The translations under genes and the position numbers were made by a program. 64,000 bases of DNA. It comes from Octopus sinensis (lineage: Eukaryota). Below the pieces are notes generated by a model. The model saw nothing but the letters and a program-made list of their open reading frames with translations. It did no database searches and had not been told where the DNA came from. Below are positions 63,406 to 64,000 of this stretch, piece by piece (position 1 is the first letter of the stretch; each line of letters opens with the position of its first letter). The stretch spans positions 14,818,001 through 14,882,000 of the forward strand of contig NC_043017.1 of the NCBI RefSeq assembly GCF_006345805.1, written 5' to 3'.

Positions 63406-64000
63406 ACAGAGGATAAAGAGCGAGAAGACGACGACGTAAAATGTGCTGCAGGAATGAATGAAGTTGAAGATTAAAAAGAAGACGGAAAAAGGAGATGAAA
63501 AAAGAATGAAAATGAAAAGCCATTTCTGTGTTCCAGTAGAAATGTCAAATGTTCTGGCAGACGTAAATATTTCCATCATTAAAATTCTTGACCTTCAATA
63601 ACTTTTATGTTTTTCGCCAATTCCAGCTGAAATCTAGAATTTCCAATATTGGATATTTCTTTTCTATTCACCAATCTACTAATCCCAGATGGAAGGAATC
63701 GCTTCCATTTGGCGATTCTTCATTGAATGGACGACAACTTATTTTATGTCACCTTGGAGTGGGTATCAACAATTCACTTTCATCTTTCACCAGCTGTGAG
63801 AGGCATAGAGAGAAGTGAAGACACAAACACCGACAGATACAAACTTGCATATCTATATATTTATACGTGTGGGTGTGTATATATGAATATATGTATGCAC
63901 ATATATGTATATATAGTGCTGTTGACACAGCCGAACTGAATGGTACTGGCCAGGTGTCGAAACCATAACGATATCCATGGGGCAGCTGGTGATGGAGGCA

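Overview
AT-rich, microsatellite-dense eukaryotic genomic DNA. The SINE families match my recollection of Octopus repeats, so this is probably an octopus intron or intergenic region; the organism call was not database-checked. I find no supported host protein-coding gene, rRNA, true tRNA or CRISPR array. Most ORFs in the track are translations of microsatellites (IYIY, HTHT, CVCV, LSLS). Supported content: (1) a nearly intact irritans/Himar1-like mariner (11470-12757; 25-bp TIRs, TA TSD, one frameshift) plus two decayed mariners; (2) a 5'-truncated CR1-group LINE with an uninterrupted 774-codon RT ORF (36698-39022); (3) an internally deleted Ty3/gypsy element with LTRs, PBS and PPT (16809-19604, minus); (4) a Penelope-like RT fragment and Penelope-type terminal repeats; (5) many tRNA-derived SINE copies of several families; (6) older DIRS-, RTE- and CR1-like relics. 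The most interesting signals are structural. Several minimal hammerhead-ribozyme-like motifs occur, including two arranged as a 42-bp near-perfect fold-back directly on the LINE 5' junction. The LINE shares a 3' tail with a SINE family, and the stem-loop in that tail shows compensatory changes. Several 200-740 bp palindromic fold-back elements are also present. All protein and family assignments were made by eye from remembered motifs.
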